Source: an uncultured bacterium
Lineage (GTDB): Bacteria > Acidobacteriota > HRBIN11 > JAKEFK01
Length of the DNA: 64,000 bases
Direction of reading: 5' to 3'
Assembly: GCA_963777505.1 (NCBI GenBank)
Contig: CAVZQN010000008.1
Coordinates: forward strand, 160,001 to 224,000
The translations under genes were made by a program, and so were the position numbers. Every line of letters begins with the position of its first letter. The first letter of the stretch is position 1. Positions 10,950 to 22,800 of the stretch are shown here, in pieces. The notes below the pieces were generated by a model. It had not been told where the DNA came from and searched no databases. It worked only from the letters and a program-made list of their open reading frames with translations.

Positions 10950-11989
10950 TTCTTGTCATGGCTCATGGAGCCACATTAAAAGAAATTGGCGAAGTAATAC
11001 AACGTCTCGAAGGTTGGAACATTGCATACAATGTCTCGCGCGGTGAAGAACGCACAGTTATTGGAATTCTGGGGCAAACATCTCACCTTTCTCGCGAAAC
11101 AATGATGGATCTTCCCGGTGTGGAAGAAGTCATCAGGATCACAAAACCTTTCAAACTTGCATCACGAGATTTTCATCCAAATCCCAGTGTGATTCGTGTG
11201 AATGGAACGAACATTGGTGCGGAAAATACTTTTGTGGTCATCGCAGGTCCTTGTTCAGTAGAATCACGCGAACAAGTTTTGGAAGTTGCAGCATTTGTCA
11301 AAGAACAAGGCGCTCAACTGCTGCGTGGAGGCGCCTATAAGCCGAGAACTTCACCCTATAGTTTTCAAGGCCTGGGGATTGAAGGCTTGAAGTATCTTGC
11401 AGAAGCTCGCGAACGTACTGGGCTTCCAATTGTGACTGAAGTGATGTCACCCGCAGATATGCCGCACGTTGCGGAATACGCAGATGTGCTTCAAATTGGT
11501 GCTCGCAATATGCAGAATTTTGCGCTATTAAAGGCGGCCGGCGAAGCTCGTAAACCTGTTCTGCTTAAACGGGGACTTTCTTCCACAATTGAAGAATTTT
11601 TGCTCGCAAGCGAATACATTCTTGCGGGCGGAAATTCACAGGTGATGTTATGTGAGCGAGGTATCCGCACATTTGAAACGTACACCCGGAATACGCTTGA
11701 TATTTCTGCTGTGCCTGTTATCAAAGAGGTTTCGCATCTCCCAATTTTTGTCGATCCAAGTCATGCTGCAGGAAAACGTTCACTCGTTCCGGCGTTGGCG
11801 CGCGCAGCGTTAGCAGTAGGAGCTCATGGAATTATGGTTGAAGTTCATGGTGAGCCTGAGAAAGCCAAGAGTGATGGCCCTCAGAGTCTAGATTTTGAAG
11901 GGTTCGCAGAATTGATGAAAGAGATACGCGCTATTGCGGCCGCGCTTCATCGCGATTCGTTATTTGCAAAAACGGAGCAGCCGCAATGA
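10946..11989 (+). CDS. aroF: DAHP synthase type I-beta with N-terminal regulatory domain
   Basis: [35 protein letters not shown]. Confidence 0.95.
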   Translation: MILVMAHGATLKEIGEVIQRLEGWNIAYNVSRGEERTVIGILGQTSHLSRETMMDLPGVEEVIRITKPFKLASRDFHPNPSVIRVNGTNIGAENTFVVIAGPCSVESREQVLEVAAFVKEQGAQLLRGGAYKPRTSPYSFQGLGIEGLKYLAEARERTGLPIVTEVMSPADMPHVAEYADVLQIGARNMQNFALLKAAGEARKPVLLKRGLSSTIEEFLLASEYILAGGNSQVMLCERGIRTFETYTRNTLDISAVPVIKEVSHLPIFVDPSHAAGKRSLVPALARAALAVGAHGIMVEVHGEPEKAKSDGPQSLDFEGFAELMKEIRAIAAALHRDSLFAKTEQPQ

Positions 11990-12711
11990 AACGGATCGCA
12001 GTCGTTGGACTCGGCCAGATTGGCGGATCATTAGTACTTGCACTTCGTAAAGCCAATCCGCAATTACGGATCACCGGAATCGATCCATCTTCAAAACGTC
12101 GAAGACTCATGAAAAAGTATTTGGATGAATCTTCAGCCGTCTGGCCTAAATCCTTTGATGCAGACCTTATTTTCGCTTGCATGCATTTCCGCATATTGGA
12201 AAAATTCCTGAACAAAATAAAAACGGATGCACTGATTGTTGATGTCTGCAGTTCCAAGGAACTCATTGTAAGGCTCGCCAATCGCAAGTGTCTTCGAATG
12301 ATCGGCGGCCATCCTATGGCCGGTAATGAGCACAAAGGCGAAAAAGGCTGGAACCCTGAACTTTTTCGAGATGCACCATTCTTTTTATGTCCTGCAGGTA
12401 TTGCGTCACGATCCGATCGGATCAAGATCTCCCGGCTTTTAAAACAAATTGGAGCGCAGCCAAGGGTTGTTGATCCGGTTCAGCATGATCGCGCGGTTGC
12501 AATTACAAGCCATCTTCCTGCACTCATTGCAAACTCTTACGCCAGGTTAGCTGAAGACGTGCCCTCATATTTTCAAGGTCCTGGCTTCAAATCATTTACA
12601 CGGCCGGGAAAATGCTCACCTGATTTGCTTGAAACGTTCCGCTTATCAAATCGGCACAATATTCAAAAGATTGCGTCTAAATTTCTTCGCGAGCTTTCAC
12701 GTCTTTCGTAA
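11986..12711 (+). CDS. tyrA: Prephenate/arogenate dehydrogenase
   Basis: [27 protein letters not shown]. Confidence 0.88.
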   Translation: MKRIAVVGLGQIGGSLVLALRKANPQLRITGIDPSSKRRRLMKKYLDESSAVWPKSFDADLIFACMHFRILEKFLNKIKTDALIVDVCSSKELIVRLANRKCLRMIGGHPMAGNEHKGEKGWNPELFRDAPFFLCPAGIASRSDRIKISRLLKQIGAQPRVVDPVQHDRAVAITSHLPALIANSYARLAEDVPSYFQGPGFKSFTRPGKCSPDLLETFRLSNRHNIQKIASKFLRELSRLS

Positions 12712-12758
12712 TCATAAATCGGTTGCAACATTTTTATTGGGGTTTATCATTCAATACA

Positions 12759-13019
12759 ATGGCGAACAAAGTTGTAATGTATTCAACAACCTGGTGCGGT
12801 GATTGCCGGGCTGCACTTGCATTCCTTGATCAAAACAACATCGGCTACACGAAAGTCAACATTGATGATGACGATGAAGCAATGAAGCTTGTCATGCGTG
12901 TAAATAATGGAAAACGCAGTGTGCCAACTTTCGATATCGATGGCCAATATTTGAACGCAAGCCCCTTCACTCCTGAAAAGCGGAAAAAACTTGCGGCGGC
13001 ACTTGGGATTCAGGGTTAA
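12759..13019 (+). CDS. Glutaredoxin/mycoredoxin-like protein
   Basis: WCGDC active site and 'RSVP' cis-Pro motif; start at ATG 12759. Confidence 0.85.
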   Translation: MANKVVMYSTTWCGDCRAALAFLDQNNIGYTKVNIDDDDEAMKLVMRVNNGKRSVPTFDIDGQYLNASPFTPEKRKKLAAALGIQG

Positions 13020-13047
13020 TAGTTATTTACCGCAGAGCTCTCAGAGT

Positions 13048-14331
13048 TCAGACTTTTACTTTAAGGATGATCGTTTCCTGAAGTTTATCATCAGGAAAGA
13101 TGTTCCCTTTTTCGTCAAAGCTGCGGAGCTGACTGTTAGCGATGTAGTAGAAACTGTCTCCGGCCACAACGCCTGTAGTGGGCATTACAAATGTTGGATG
13201 ATTGATCTGCAACACTTCCAGTTTTTCGATATGAGATGGATTCGAACCCAAATAAAAGCGTGCAACACGTTCGACGCCAGTGAGAGCTTGATTCGCAATC
13301 AATGAATTCGCATGAAACACCATTCCATCGATGCTTGTGGTTGCAGTACTTACTGGAGCGGTCAATAGTTTGACTTCCCTGCTTGTAAGATTAACAACTG
13401 AAATGCCTTCCAGATGCGCAACATATAAATTCTTTTCGTCATCTGAAACCGCTATACCATTTGGAAAAGACATCACGGCAGGCTTCACAAAAAGTTCGAG
13501 CTCATCCTTTGCCGCAGAAATTCTATAAACGGCTCCTTCATCTGTGTCGGTAATATAAACATCACCGGTTTTTGAAAGAGAAAGATCATTGAAGAAATGC
13601 TTTTCACCTTTTGCAGCAAGAACGTATTTTTTAATTAGTTTCCGCGTGGTCAGATCGTATTTATGAATGGCTGTGTGACCCAAGGTTTCCGGTTCCGGAT
13701 ATTTCATCCCCATATTCTGTTCAAGGTTTCCACTATTAGCCCAAAGATGGCGGCGCTTTGCATCTACTTCCATTCCTACGACGCCCCAGATTCCATCTTG
13801 TTTATCAGTTGTAAAATCGCCCGCTTTACCTGATGCATCGACTTCAATGATCTTGCGGCGATAGGTGCTGCTTACAAAAAACGAACCACTCACTGAATCA
13901 TAAGCAATACCTTCTGCGATCAGATCTTTTTGTGGAATTCGGAATGCGACTTCGCTGCTACCGTAAGTTTGTTTGTTCCGCTGAAAAATTTCAGATGCTT
14001 CCTTATATTCTGCTGAATCTTTTATCTTTTCAAAAGAAGTTGATTTGCTGAGATCAACAGACATTCCAGATTTCGCTGCGCTTAATAGATTTGCTTTTGC
14101 AGAATCGAGATCTCCGTTCAATGCCTGCGCATCTGCTAAAAGATAGCGGATTCCGGAGTGACCAGGGGTTCGATCAGAGACTTCCCGAATAAGAGATAAA
14201 TACTCCGGATATTTTTTCTCACTTTTTGCGGCAACAGCTTTCTGATAAACCTCTAGAAAGTTGAATGGCTGCGTTTGTTGTGCATGAAGAGCGAATGAAA
14301 TTAAGATGAGAAAAACTGTTAGAATTTTCAT
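13048..14331 (-). CDS. Secreted SMP-30/gluconolactonase-like beta-propeller protein with an N-terminal helical (TPR-like) region
   Basis: Signal peptide; blade motifs EGIAYD, FFNDL, FPNGIA, IDGM. Confidence 0.75.
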   Translation of the reverse strand: MKILTVFLILISFALHAQQTQPFNFLEVYQKAVAAKSEKKYPEYLSLIREVSDRTPGHSGIRYLLADAQALNGDLDSAKANLLSAAKSGMSVDLSKSTSFEKIKDSAEYKEASEIFQRNKQTYGSSEVAFRIPQKDLIAEGIAYDSVSGSFFVSSTYRRKIIEVDASGKAGDFTTDKQDGIWGVVGMEVDAKRRHLWANSGNLEQNMGMKYPEPETLGHTAIHKYDLTTRKLIKKYVLAAKGEKHFFNDLSLSKTGDVYITDTDEGAVYRISAAKDELELFVKPAVMSFPNGIAVSDDEKNLYVAHLEGISVVNLTSREVKLLTAPVSTATTSIDGMVFHANSLIANQALTGVERVARFYLGSNPSHIEKLEVLQINHPTFVMPTTGVVAGDSFYYIANSQLRSFDEKGNIFPDDKLQETIILKVKV

Positions 14332-14406
14332 AACTACTTATGTAGGTGAAAATACTACAATCGTAAGAAATCGTCAAGATCGGATTTAACGCAGAGACAC
14401 TGAGGT

Positions 14407-15846
14407 TTACTGGACCCGGATTTCGACAGTTCCTTGATCGCGCGCATTATGTTCGTCGTAGACAGTAACCTGGATGATTGCAACTCCGAGATTGTTTGGC
14501 GAATTATAGATCGCTTCATTTCCCTGCGGAATCACATAACCACCATCAGGACCCTGCGCCACGCGAAACTCATATTGAAGTGGTCCGACTTCAGGATCTC
14601 CCGCATCAACGACAATGACTGACTGAGTCATTCGTACGATTGGATTTGGTGTAGCAACAACAGATCGAATCTTCGGTGGTTCATTGTATAAAAAGGCTTC
14701 TTGGATCGATGTAACTTCTCCATCAGGATTTGAAACAGTAATATCAACAAATCCACTTTCGCCTTGCGGCACCACAGCTGCTAAAGCTGATGCATTAATG
14801 AATGTCGTCTGGCCATATCTGCCACCAAATAAAACGCTCGCGCCAGGTTCAAAATTATTTCCGCTGATAGTAACGGTGTAGCCTCCGTCTCTGCTACCCA
14901 TTCCAGGATTCACTGAAACTGCTTGTGGGATTCCTTTGTACTGAAACGCATCAGGGAAAACAAAATTTTTTCCATCAGGATTTGTAATTTCGATCGCAAC
15001 CGAACCGCTTCTTCCTGGAGGTACAACAAGACTGATTGAGCCACTATCGGTAAAACGCGAAGTAATTTCTCTGCCGTCAAATTTAATCACTGAACCTTTT
15101 TGAAAATTACGGCCTTCCAGAGTGATTCGCTGTCCACCTTTAGCTGGAGCACGATCGGGATCGACTCGTGTTATTACCGGACCTTCAACTTCGTATCGAA
15201 ATGCATTCGCCAATTTTGAGCTTCTTTTTCCATTACTCACTTCGATATCTACTGTAGCGGCTGAATGGGCAGGCGCAACTGCGATAATAACTTCACTGGA
15301 TTGAAGGCTTCGCATTGCAGGTACTCCGCCAAATTTTACGGAAGTGGATTCGGTAAAATTTTCACCAGAAATTCTTACTGGTGTTCCGCCCGCTGGGCTG
15401 GCGGACCCGGGATCAATCGAAGATATAACGGGAGCACGAACAATTTCCTGATCTTTTTCACTTGTAACTCCCGCTTTTGGATTCAAATTAACACTGCGCG
15501 TTGTAACTTCGCGCTCCGTACCTTCGTATTCAAGCTGTACCAGACCAGAAGAAAAAGTTTTTACTTCAGAGTATTTGGTACTGAGTTGAGCCAAAACATC
15601 CCGCACTCGCACAAATCGGTTTTCACCGGGTGGTACCTCATAATCAGAACGCCACCTGTAACTATTCTCATTGACAAGTATTCTGAACGTTAGAATCTTT
15701 GGCTGATCGCTTTCATTTGTAATTTGCACAAATGGATCATTCCCCGATTCCAGCGTCCATGAAATATTGCGACGGATTATCTCCGCTCCGTTGAGATTCA
15801 TAGAAACCAGAAGTATGAAAATGACAAAAAAGCGAACGTACTTCAT
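14407..15846 (-). CDS. Secreted IPT/TIG repeat protein (three IPT domains plus a C-terminal Ig-like domain)
   Basis: Three 'P.I.S..P..G...GG..V.I.G.NF' units; signal peptide. Confidence 0.85.
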   Translation of the reverse strand: MKYVRFFVIFILLVSMNLNGAEIIRRNISWTLESGNDPFVQITNESDQPKILTFRILVNENSYRWRSDYEVPPGENRFVRVRDVLAQLSTKYSEVKTFSSGLVQLEYEGTEREVTTRSVNLNPKAGVTSEKDQEIVRAPVISSIDPGSASPAGGTPVRISGENFTESTSVKFGGVPAMRSLQSSEVIIAVAPAHSAATVDIEVSNGKRSSKLANAFRYEVEGPVITRVDPDRAPAKGGQRITLEGRNFQKGSVIKFDGREITSRFTDSGSISLVVPPGRSGSVAIEITNPDGKNFVFPDAFQYKGIPQAVSVNPGMGSRDGGYTVTISGNNFEPGASVLFGGRYGQTTFINASALAAVVPQGESGFVDITVSNPDGEVTSIQEAFLYNEPPKIRSVVATPNPIVRMTQSVIVVDAGDPEVGPLQYEFRVAQGPDGGYVIPQGNEAIYNSPNNLGVAIIQVTVYDEHNARDQGTVEIRVQ

Positions 15847-16652
15847 TTTGCAACTTCTCTCAATTCACGTATTTTGGTTTTTTTGATTACAGAAAGCATT
15901 TCATCCTGTATTAAACCATTGCTTGCTGCCAGTTGCCTTTGATAAATAGAATAAGGACGTCCATCAAAATCAGTAATGACACCACCTGCTTCTATCAACA
16001 TAAGCATTCCTGCGGCGGTATCCCATGGATTCAAATACACTTCAAAAAATCCATCAAAACGTCCCATTGCAACGTAACATAAATCAAGCGCTGCAGATCC
16101 TAATCGACGTATTCCTTGAGCATGTACAATTAGTTCATTGAAAAATGGAAGACTGTCTTCAGGATGCGAATGCACTGTGTATGGAAAACCGGTTACAAGA
16201 AGTGCCTGATCCAGTCTCTTAACTTTGGAGATTTGAATTCTCTTTCCATTTAGAGTTGCGCCTTTTCCTTGTCGCGTAAAAAATAATTCATTTGCGACCG
16301 GATTGTAGACGGCTCCCGCAGTAATAATTCCATCTTCTTCCACGGCTATAGAAATACAAAAGATTGGCAGACTATGAGCAAAGTTAGTGGTGCCATCCAG
16401 GGGATCGATGATCCATTTCCGGCTCGATCGATGATGGTCCGCTGCGCTTTCTTCGGCAAGAATGCTGTCGGTTGGAAAATTCTTGCGGATGTCTTTCTTA
16501 ATAAAGTCTTCAATATCACGATCTACGTTCGTCACTAAATTTGTGGCAGCACCTTCTTTGATGTGGATTGTCTTTACTTTGCCGAACTGTCTTTTCATCC
16601 GGCTGCCAGCTTGCAGAATTAAGGACTTCAAGAAACGATCAACTTGGGGCAT
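15843..16652 (-). CDS. suhB: Inositol monophosphatase family protein
   Basis: WIIDPLDGTTNF, RRLGSAALD, PWDTAAG; start reset to MPQVDRF. Confidence 0.9.
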   Translation of the reverse strand: MPQVDRFLKSLILQAGSRMKRQFGKVKTIHIKEGAATNLVTNVDRDIEDFIKKDIRKNFPTDSILAEESAADHHRSSRKWIIDPLDGTTNFAHSLPIFCISIAVEEDGIITAGAVYNPVANELFFTRQGKGATLNGKRIQISKVKRLDQALLVTGFPYTVHSHPEDSLPFFNELIVHAQGIRRLGSAALDLCYVAMGRFDGFFEVYLNPWDTAAGMLMLIEAGGVITDFDGRPYSIYQRQLAASNGLIQDEMLSVIKKTKIRELREVAK

Positions 16653-16695
16653 AAAACCAACATAACACAAAATATCCTGGAAGCTAGATGCACTG

Positions 16696-16797
16696 TGTAG
16701 TAAGGCACGCTGTTCGGACGCGTTTATGCGGACGAACAGTGCCGTCATCAATCTCACCGCACTGGCTCGCATTCGCTCGCCTGCGTGCCTAACTACA
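16696..16797. repeat. ~100-bp GTAG-ended palindromic element (REP/MITE-like) in a divergent intergenic region
   Basis: Terminal inverted repeats GTAGTAAGGCACGC (16697-16710) / GCGTGCCTAACTAC (16783-16796), 13/14 match; internal hairpin CTGTTCG/CGAACAG. Confidence 0.6.
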
Positions 16798-16864
16798 AAA
16801 TGCTGCCAAGATGCTCTCGAGCCCGAGAACAAGGTATAATGGAGGAAAACTGGAGAAGATTGAG

Positions 16865-18196
16865 ATGAGGAAAATATTAGGGATCATGACCATAGCAAGC
16901 CTGGCATTTTCGTTAGCTGTGTTTGCTGGTGAGGAACTTTCCACTCAGGAACTTCTGGATAATCTAAAAGATCCTGATGCTGGCAGAAGAGAAGAAGCCG
17001 CAGAAGAATTAGGTGATCGCGGTGAAAAGTTAGGGATCGAAGCGCTCGTACTGGCAACTGCAGATAAAGAAGCAAAAGTTCAAATGGAAGCAGTTGTCGC
17101 ACTTGGAAAAATCAACGACCCAAGCAAAGTTGCTTCACTGAGTAAGGCAGTTCAAAATTCACGTGACAAAGCCCAGAAAGAAGCCATTCATTTGCTCACG
17201 GAACAATACATTCCGACATCGGATCGTGGTGCTTTAAAAGAACTTTGGAATTCGATGGAAAGCCTTTTCAGCCCACCGGAAACAATCATCGTTGAACCAT
17301 GGATTCAAGTTGACAGGCAAGCGATTGATGCTTTGATTTTTGTTCTTGATGACAGTAATTCAGAAAATCGGATTGAAGCGGCTGCAACTCTGGGAATATT
17401 ACGAGCAGAACCTGCGATTCCAAAACTCGCACATTACCTGCGTTCGCCAAACGTAAAAATGGTTCGCACATGCGTTCGATCGATCGGCTACATTCGGAAT
17501 CCCGAAGCAGGCGCTTATTTGATTCCCGTTCTGAGTCATTCCGATGAAGAAGTCGCGGGTGATGCTGCACGCGTATTGGGCTTATTCCGTTATCGGGATG
17601 CACTTCCTGAACTTGTTCGTTTGTTAGATTACAGCCGGGAAGAAGAACTTCAGAAAATTTCGCTTCAAGCAATCAGCAGAATTGGAGATCCTTCCTCTGA
17701 GCAAATCATGAAAAAGTATTTTGCTTCAAAAGATAAGGACTTCCGGCAATATGCAATCGAGGGTTTCGGAAGAATGAACCTTCGTGGATATATTGATCCG
17801 CTTGAACGTGAATTTCAGCGTGAAAAAAGCAGACAAATTCGATTGGCAATTTGCTTCAGCCTTTTTGCCCTGGGTGACAGTGCGTATATTGACACATTGG
17901 CTCATTCGCTCGATGACGATCTGTTTAAGCATCAGGTTCGCGGATATTTCTATGAGCTAGGCGATAGAGCGGTACCCCAATTAGCAGACTATCTAAAAGT
18001 GCAAGATTCTTCCTTCAGGATTCGAGTCATTCGTGTTCTTGGAGACATGCACCAAACAAACGCGATTGCATACCTTGAACCACTCATGAAAGATAAAGAC
18101 ATGGATGTGGCACAAGCGGCAACGGAAGCAATCCGTGAACTTAAGAATATTGAAAGGATGCCGATCTCTGACCAAGCTAAAAATACAACGCAGTAA
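16865..18196 (+). CDS. Secreted HEAT/PBS-lyase repeat protein
   Basis: Signal peptide MRKILG...; repeated 'L.D....R..AA..LG' units. Confidence 0.85.
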   Translation: MRKILGIMTIASLAFSLAVFAGEELSTQELLDNLKDPDAGRREEAAEELGDRGEKLGIEALVLATADKEAKVQMEAVVALGKINDPSKVASLSKAVQNSRDKAQKEAIHLLTEQYIPTSDRGALKELWNSMESLFSPPETIIVEPWIQVDRQAIDALIFVLDDSNSENRIEAAATLGILRAEPAIPKLAHYLRSPNVKMVRTCVRSIGYIRNPEAGAYLIPVLSHSDEEVAGDAARVLGLFRYRDALPELVRLLDYSREEELQKISLQAISRIGDPSSEQIMKKYFASKDKDFRQYAIEGFGRMNLRGYIDPLEREFQREKSRQIRLAICFSLFALGDSAYIDTLAHSLDDDLFKHQVRGYFYELGDRAVPQLADYLKVQDSSFRIRVIRVLGDMHQTNAIAYLEPLMKDKDMDVAQAATEAIRELKNIERMPISDQAKNTTQ

Positions 18197-18252
18197 GATA
18201 CATCGAAATACGTTCGGTCATGTAGTTGGGGAATGGGAGGAGGTTGCTTTTT

Positions 18253-18327
18253 GTACGGGTGGGTTTTTGACCCGCCCGCCTGCAATTTTATTTTGAACCC
18301 CGGGCGGGTCTTAGATCCGCCCCCTAC
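18253..18327. repeat. REP family A doublet
   Basis: GTACGGGTGGGTTTTTGACCCGCCCG ... CGGGCGGGTCTTAGATCCGCCCCCTAC. Confidence 0.8.
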
Positions 18328-18344
18328 GGTTTTCATGTCAAAAG

Positions 18345-19781
18345 ATGGCCTTTAAAGATTTACGCGAATTTATTGAGACCCTGGATCGCATGGGTGAACT
18401 CAAACATATTCATGCTCCGGTGAATCAAGATCTCGAAATCACTGAAATAACAGACCGGATCTCAAAACAGGGCGGGCCTGCTCTGATGTTTCACAACGTT
18501 GTTGGCCACAAGACTCCAGTTCTGATCAATGCACTTGGAAGCAAAAAGCGGATGCTTACAGGACTTGGTCTTGAATCCTATGAAGGTTTTTTTCAGAAAT
18601 ATTTCGAGCTTCTGGATAAGCCGTCCAACATGCTAGACAAGCTGAAACTTCTGCCGCGTCTTGCCGAAATCGCTCAAATGATGCCAAAGAGCGTGAAAAC
18701 AGGTCCATGCAAAGAAGTCATCATTAAAGACAATCCAAGTCTTAACATTCTTCCAGCAATCAAATGTTGGCCTCAAGATGGCGGACGTTACATTACCCTG
18801 CCGCTTGTTTTTACAGTGAATCCTAAGAGTGGAAAACACAATGTCGGTTGTTACAGGCTTCAGATCTTTGATGAAAAAACTCTCGGGATGCACTGGCAGT
18901 TGCACAAACATGGAGCACTTCATCACAGACAGTATCAAGGTGATAACAAACGGATGGAAGTTGCCATTGCAATTGGTTGCGATCCGGCTCTTACGTTTTC
19001 TTCAGTGGCACCCCTTCCTGACGATATTTATGAAATGCTATTTGCAGGATTGCTTCGTGAAAAAGCAGTAGAAATGGTTCAATGTGAAACTGTGGATTTT
19101 GAAGTCCCTGCGCATGCGGAGTTCATTCTGGAAGGCTATGTTGATCCCTCAGAGTCTCGTATTGAAGGACCATTCGGCGATCATACAGGATATTATTCGC
19201 TTGAAGAACCGTATCCAGTTTTTCATCTGACATGCATTACTCACAGAAAAAATCCGATCTATCAAACTACGATTGTTGGGCCGCCACCAATGGAAGATGG
19301 ATTCATTGGTCAAGGCGTAGAACGTCTATTTTTGCCAATTATTCAAAAGCAATTTTCTGAAATTGTGGACATGCATATGCCTCTTGAAGGAATTTTTCAC
19401 AATCTTGTCCTGATCAGCATCAAGAAACGTTATGCCGGACATGCGCGCAAAATTATGCATGGTATTTGGGGACTGGGTCAGGCGATGTTCAGCAAAGTTA
19501 TTGTTGTTGTTGATGATGATGTTGATGTGCAAAATGTCCGTGAAGTCGCATGGAAAGCACTCAATCATATCGATCCTGAGAGGGATATCGAATTTGTAAT
19601 GGGGCCGATCGATGTTCTGGATCATTCCTCACGCTTACTCGGTTACGGTTCACATATGGGTGTTGATGCCACTCGCAAATGGAAAGAAGAAGGATTTACA
19701 AGACCGTGGCCTGATGAAATTTTAATGAGTGCGGACATCAAGGATCTTGTGACAAAACGCTGGAAAGAGTATGGCCTCTAG
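18345..19781 (+). CDS. ubiD: UbiD-family decarboxylase, probably menaquinone (futalosine pathway) type
   Basis: DLREFI, EGPFGDHTGYY, VVVDDDVD, GVDAT; mqnA and mqnC are in the same window. Confidence 0.9.
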   Translation: MAFKDLREFIETLDRMGELKHIHAPVNQDLEITEITDRISKQGGPALMFHNVVGHKTPVLINALGSKKRMLTGLGLESYEGFFQKYFELLDKPSNMLDKLKLLPRLAEIAQMMPKSVKTGPCKEVIIKDNPSLNILPAIKCWPQDGGRYITLPLVFTVNPKSGKHNVGCYRLQIFDEKTLGMHWQLHKHGALHHRQYQGDNKRMEVAIAIGCDPALTFSSVAPLPDDIYEMLFAGLLREKAVEMVQCETVDFEVPAHAEFILEGYVDPSESRIEGPFGDHTGYYSLEEPYPVFHLTCITHRKNPIYQTTIVGPPPMEDGFIGQGVERLFLPIIQKQFSEIVDMHMPLEGIFHNLVLISIKKRYAGHARKIMHGIWGLGQAMFSKVIVVVDDDVDVQNVREVAWKALNHIDPERDIEFVMGPIDVLDHSSRLLGYGSHMGVDATRKWKEEGFTRPWPDEILMSADIKDLVTKRWKEYGL

Positions 19782-19805
19782 ATCTTTGTGACTTTGCGGT
19801 AAGAA

Positions 19806-22800
19806 ATGGTCGACTACAACAAGGAAGCGCGCAAAGCAAAAAGGGAGGGAGATTACTCAAAAGCTGGAGATCTTTATTACCTTGCCGGTGACGAAAAAAG
19901 CGCCATGGAAATGTACCTGGAAGGGAATCATTTTGCGCTTGCAGCGCGCTTGCTTGAAAAAAGTGAGGATTGGAAAGGGGCTGCAAAATATTATATGCAG
20001 TCCGGAAAATATGTAGACGCGGCAGAAATTTTTTTCTCTAAACTACATGATTTTCGTACTGCAAGTTTGATGTTCGAAAAGCATGGGGATCTATCCCGTG
20101 CCTCGGAAATGGCGGAACGTTCCGGCGAATTTACCCGCGCCGGCCTCCTTGCGGAACGTGGCGAACTTCTCGACCGCGCTGCAACCCTTTACATGAAAGC
20201 ACGCAAACATGAGAAAGCTGCCAATGTTTATTACAAGATCCTTCAAGACCTTCTTAAAGAAAAAAATGATAAAGGTTTTCTCGAAAGTTACCGCGAAAGA
20301 TTAGAAAAAGTCGGACAAAGTGCCGGAATGCTTTTTCAGAAACTGAACAAATTTGAAAGAGCGGCGCTTTGTTATGAATCAACAGAAAACTATACGAAGG
20401 CTGCAGAATGCTACACAAGTGCCGGCATGATGGAAAAAGCCGCAGAATTGTTTTACAAAATGCAAAATTACGAACGAGCTTATCAGCTACTGATTGATGG
20501 TGCTGATGGCTGTGAAAATAAAGAACTGTTTGCAGATATTTCCTACCATTTAAAACGTTATCAGGAAGCAGGAGATCTCTACTTACTTGCTGACAGAATT
20601 CCCCGAGCCGCAGAAGCGTATGAAAGAGGAAATAATCTTTATAAGTCTGCATTGCTGTATGAAAGCATTGAAGAATTCTCCCATGCTGCCGAACTCTATA
20701 TTCAACTCAAAGAGAATAAAAAAGCGGCAGAATTGTATGAAAAATGCAAAAACTTTGAGTATGCTTCGCGTCTTTATGAAGAGTTGGGCCTAACTGAAAA
20801 AGCGATCGATTGTCTGACACAGGCAAATGAAAATATTCGTGCAGCAAAACTTTTGATACGCCGCGAAGAACCTCAACGTGCCGTTGCACTGCTGCAGGAA
20901 ATTCAATCCGATCATGATGAGTATCAAGAGAGTTGTGTTTTGCTCGGACAGTTATTTACACGAATGGAGATGTACGAAGTAGCTCTACAGAAGTTTGCCG
21001 AGGCCATTCGTGAGCAGCCGTTATCAAAAGACAATATCGACGTCTATTACGGAATGGCGCTTGCTCATGAGAAGGCAACTCAATATACAAAAGCGCGAGA
21101 CATTTATGAACGGATCCTTGCAGTGCAATTTGGCTATAAAGATGTTTTACCAAGGCTGGACTCCATCAAAAAAATGAATTTGTTGGATGGTGCTCCGGAA
21201 GGGGCAACACCATCTTCAATTAAGCGCATCATTGCAAATCGTTATGAGCTTACAGAACAAATTGGAAGAGATGCCTTTGGCGCCCTTTTCAAGGCTCAAG
21301 ATATAACCCTTGGTAGGACCGTATTGATCCGTCGCTTTACAGCCCAGGAAGAAGATATGACTCGCAATATTCTTGAACAATCTAAAATCGGTTCTTCATT
21401 GAACCATTCCACAATTCTGGCAATATACGACAGCGGCAAAGACGGAGAGCATTATTTCATTTGTACTGAATATGTAGATGGCCCGACATTGCGCCAATTC
21501 ATTGCACGAGGTCACATTGATATTTCCACAATCTGTGAAATCGCCACTCAAATTTGTCTCGGCCTTGCGTATGCCCATAAGAAATCAATCATTCACAGGA
21601 ATCTTGCACCGGAAAATATTTACGTAACAAGCGGAAGTCAGATAAAAATTTCGGGGTTCGGGCTGGACCCGCGCTGGGAAGCAGGCAATTCACGTATCAC
21701 GAAACAATATCTGAGCCCTGAACATATCATGACTCAGAAAATCGATTCGCGTTCCGACTTATATTCCTTTGGAATCATCCTGTATGAGATGGTTTATGGA
21801 ATGCCTCCGTTTAGCGGAAGCGATGTTGAACTTCAACACCTCAAGAAACATCCTGTTTTTCATGAAAATACACAACGATGGAGCCCGGCATTTTTAACGC
21901 GCATCATTCAAAAGTGTTTGCAGAAAGACAAGCACCAACGATACAACACCGCTTCTGAAATTGTTGAAGAACTCGAAGTTGCTGACATTGTACCCGGCAT
22001 GGTTTTAAATGAACGTTACGAGATCATTAAAGAGATCGGAACCGGAGGTATGGGACGCGTTTATCAGGCGCGTGATCGTGATCTTGATGAAATTGTTGCA
22101 TTAAAAGTATTACGCGCTGAAATCAGCGCAGATCCTGTCATCCAAAGAAGATTCGTGCGCGAAATCAAAGTTGCTCGTATGATCACACATCCGAATGTCG
22201 TGAAAGTTTTTGATATTGGAAAATACAAAGGAAATCGTTACATTTCCATGGAATATATTCAGGGAATAAGCCTGGATGAATGGCTCAAGAAAAACGAAAA
22301 AATGGAAATCCGCGCAATGATTCCTATTATGGCTAAAATAGTGCAAGGTGTTCTTGCAGCGCATTCGCAAGGAATTATTCATCGAGATCTAAAACCTCAA
22401 AATGTTCTTTTAGATCATTCAATGAATCCACACGTTCTTGATTTTGGAATTGCACGTTCACAAGCTCATATTGATGCAACTTCAAGCGGACAAGTTATGG
22501 GTTCGCCCAAATATATGTCTCCTGAACAGATCCAGGGGCGCGAACTCGATATGCGGTCTGATATTTATGCAGTAGGCGTCTTAATGTTTTATATGTTTAC
22601 AGGTAAAGAACCTTTTACCGGAGATGAACCTCGCGCAATTGTAATGAAACACTTAACGGAACAGCCTCCAGCAATGCGGAAAATCAATCCTGTTGTACCT
22701 GAATGGCTCGAACGGATTGTATTAAAAACACTCGAAAAAGATCGGAATCAACGTTATTCTTCATTGAAAGAACTGCTTGAAGATCTGAAAAGAGGCTACG

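Noticed and set aside
16653-16832. N-terminal extensions predicted for suhB, and similarly aroH (10512), DUF4412 (22827), DinB (41041), rimP (51765) and ssb (51963)
   Set aside because: They run through REP, palindrome or leader DNA; better starts with RBS or family-typical N-termini lie downstream
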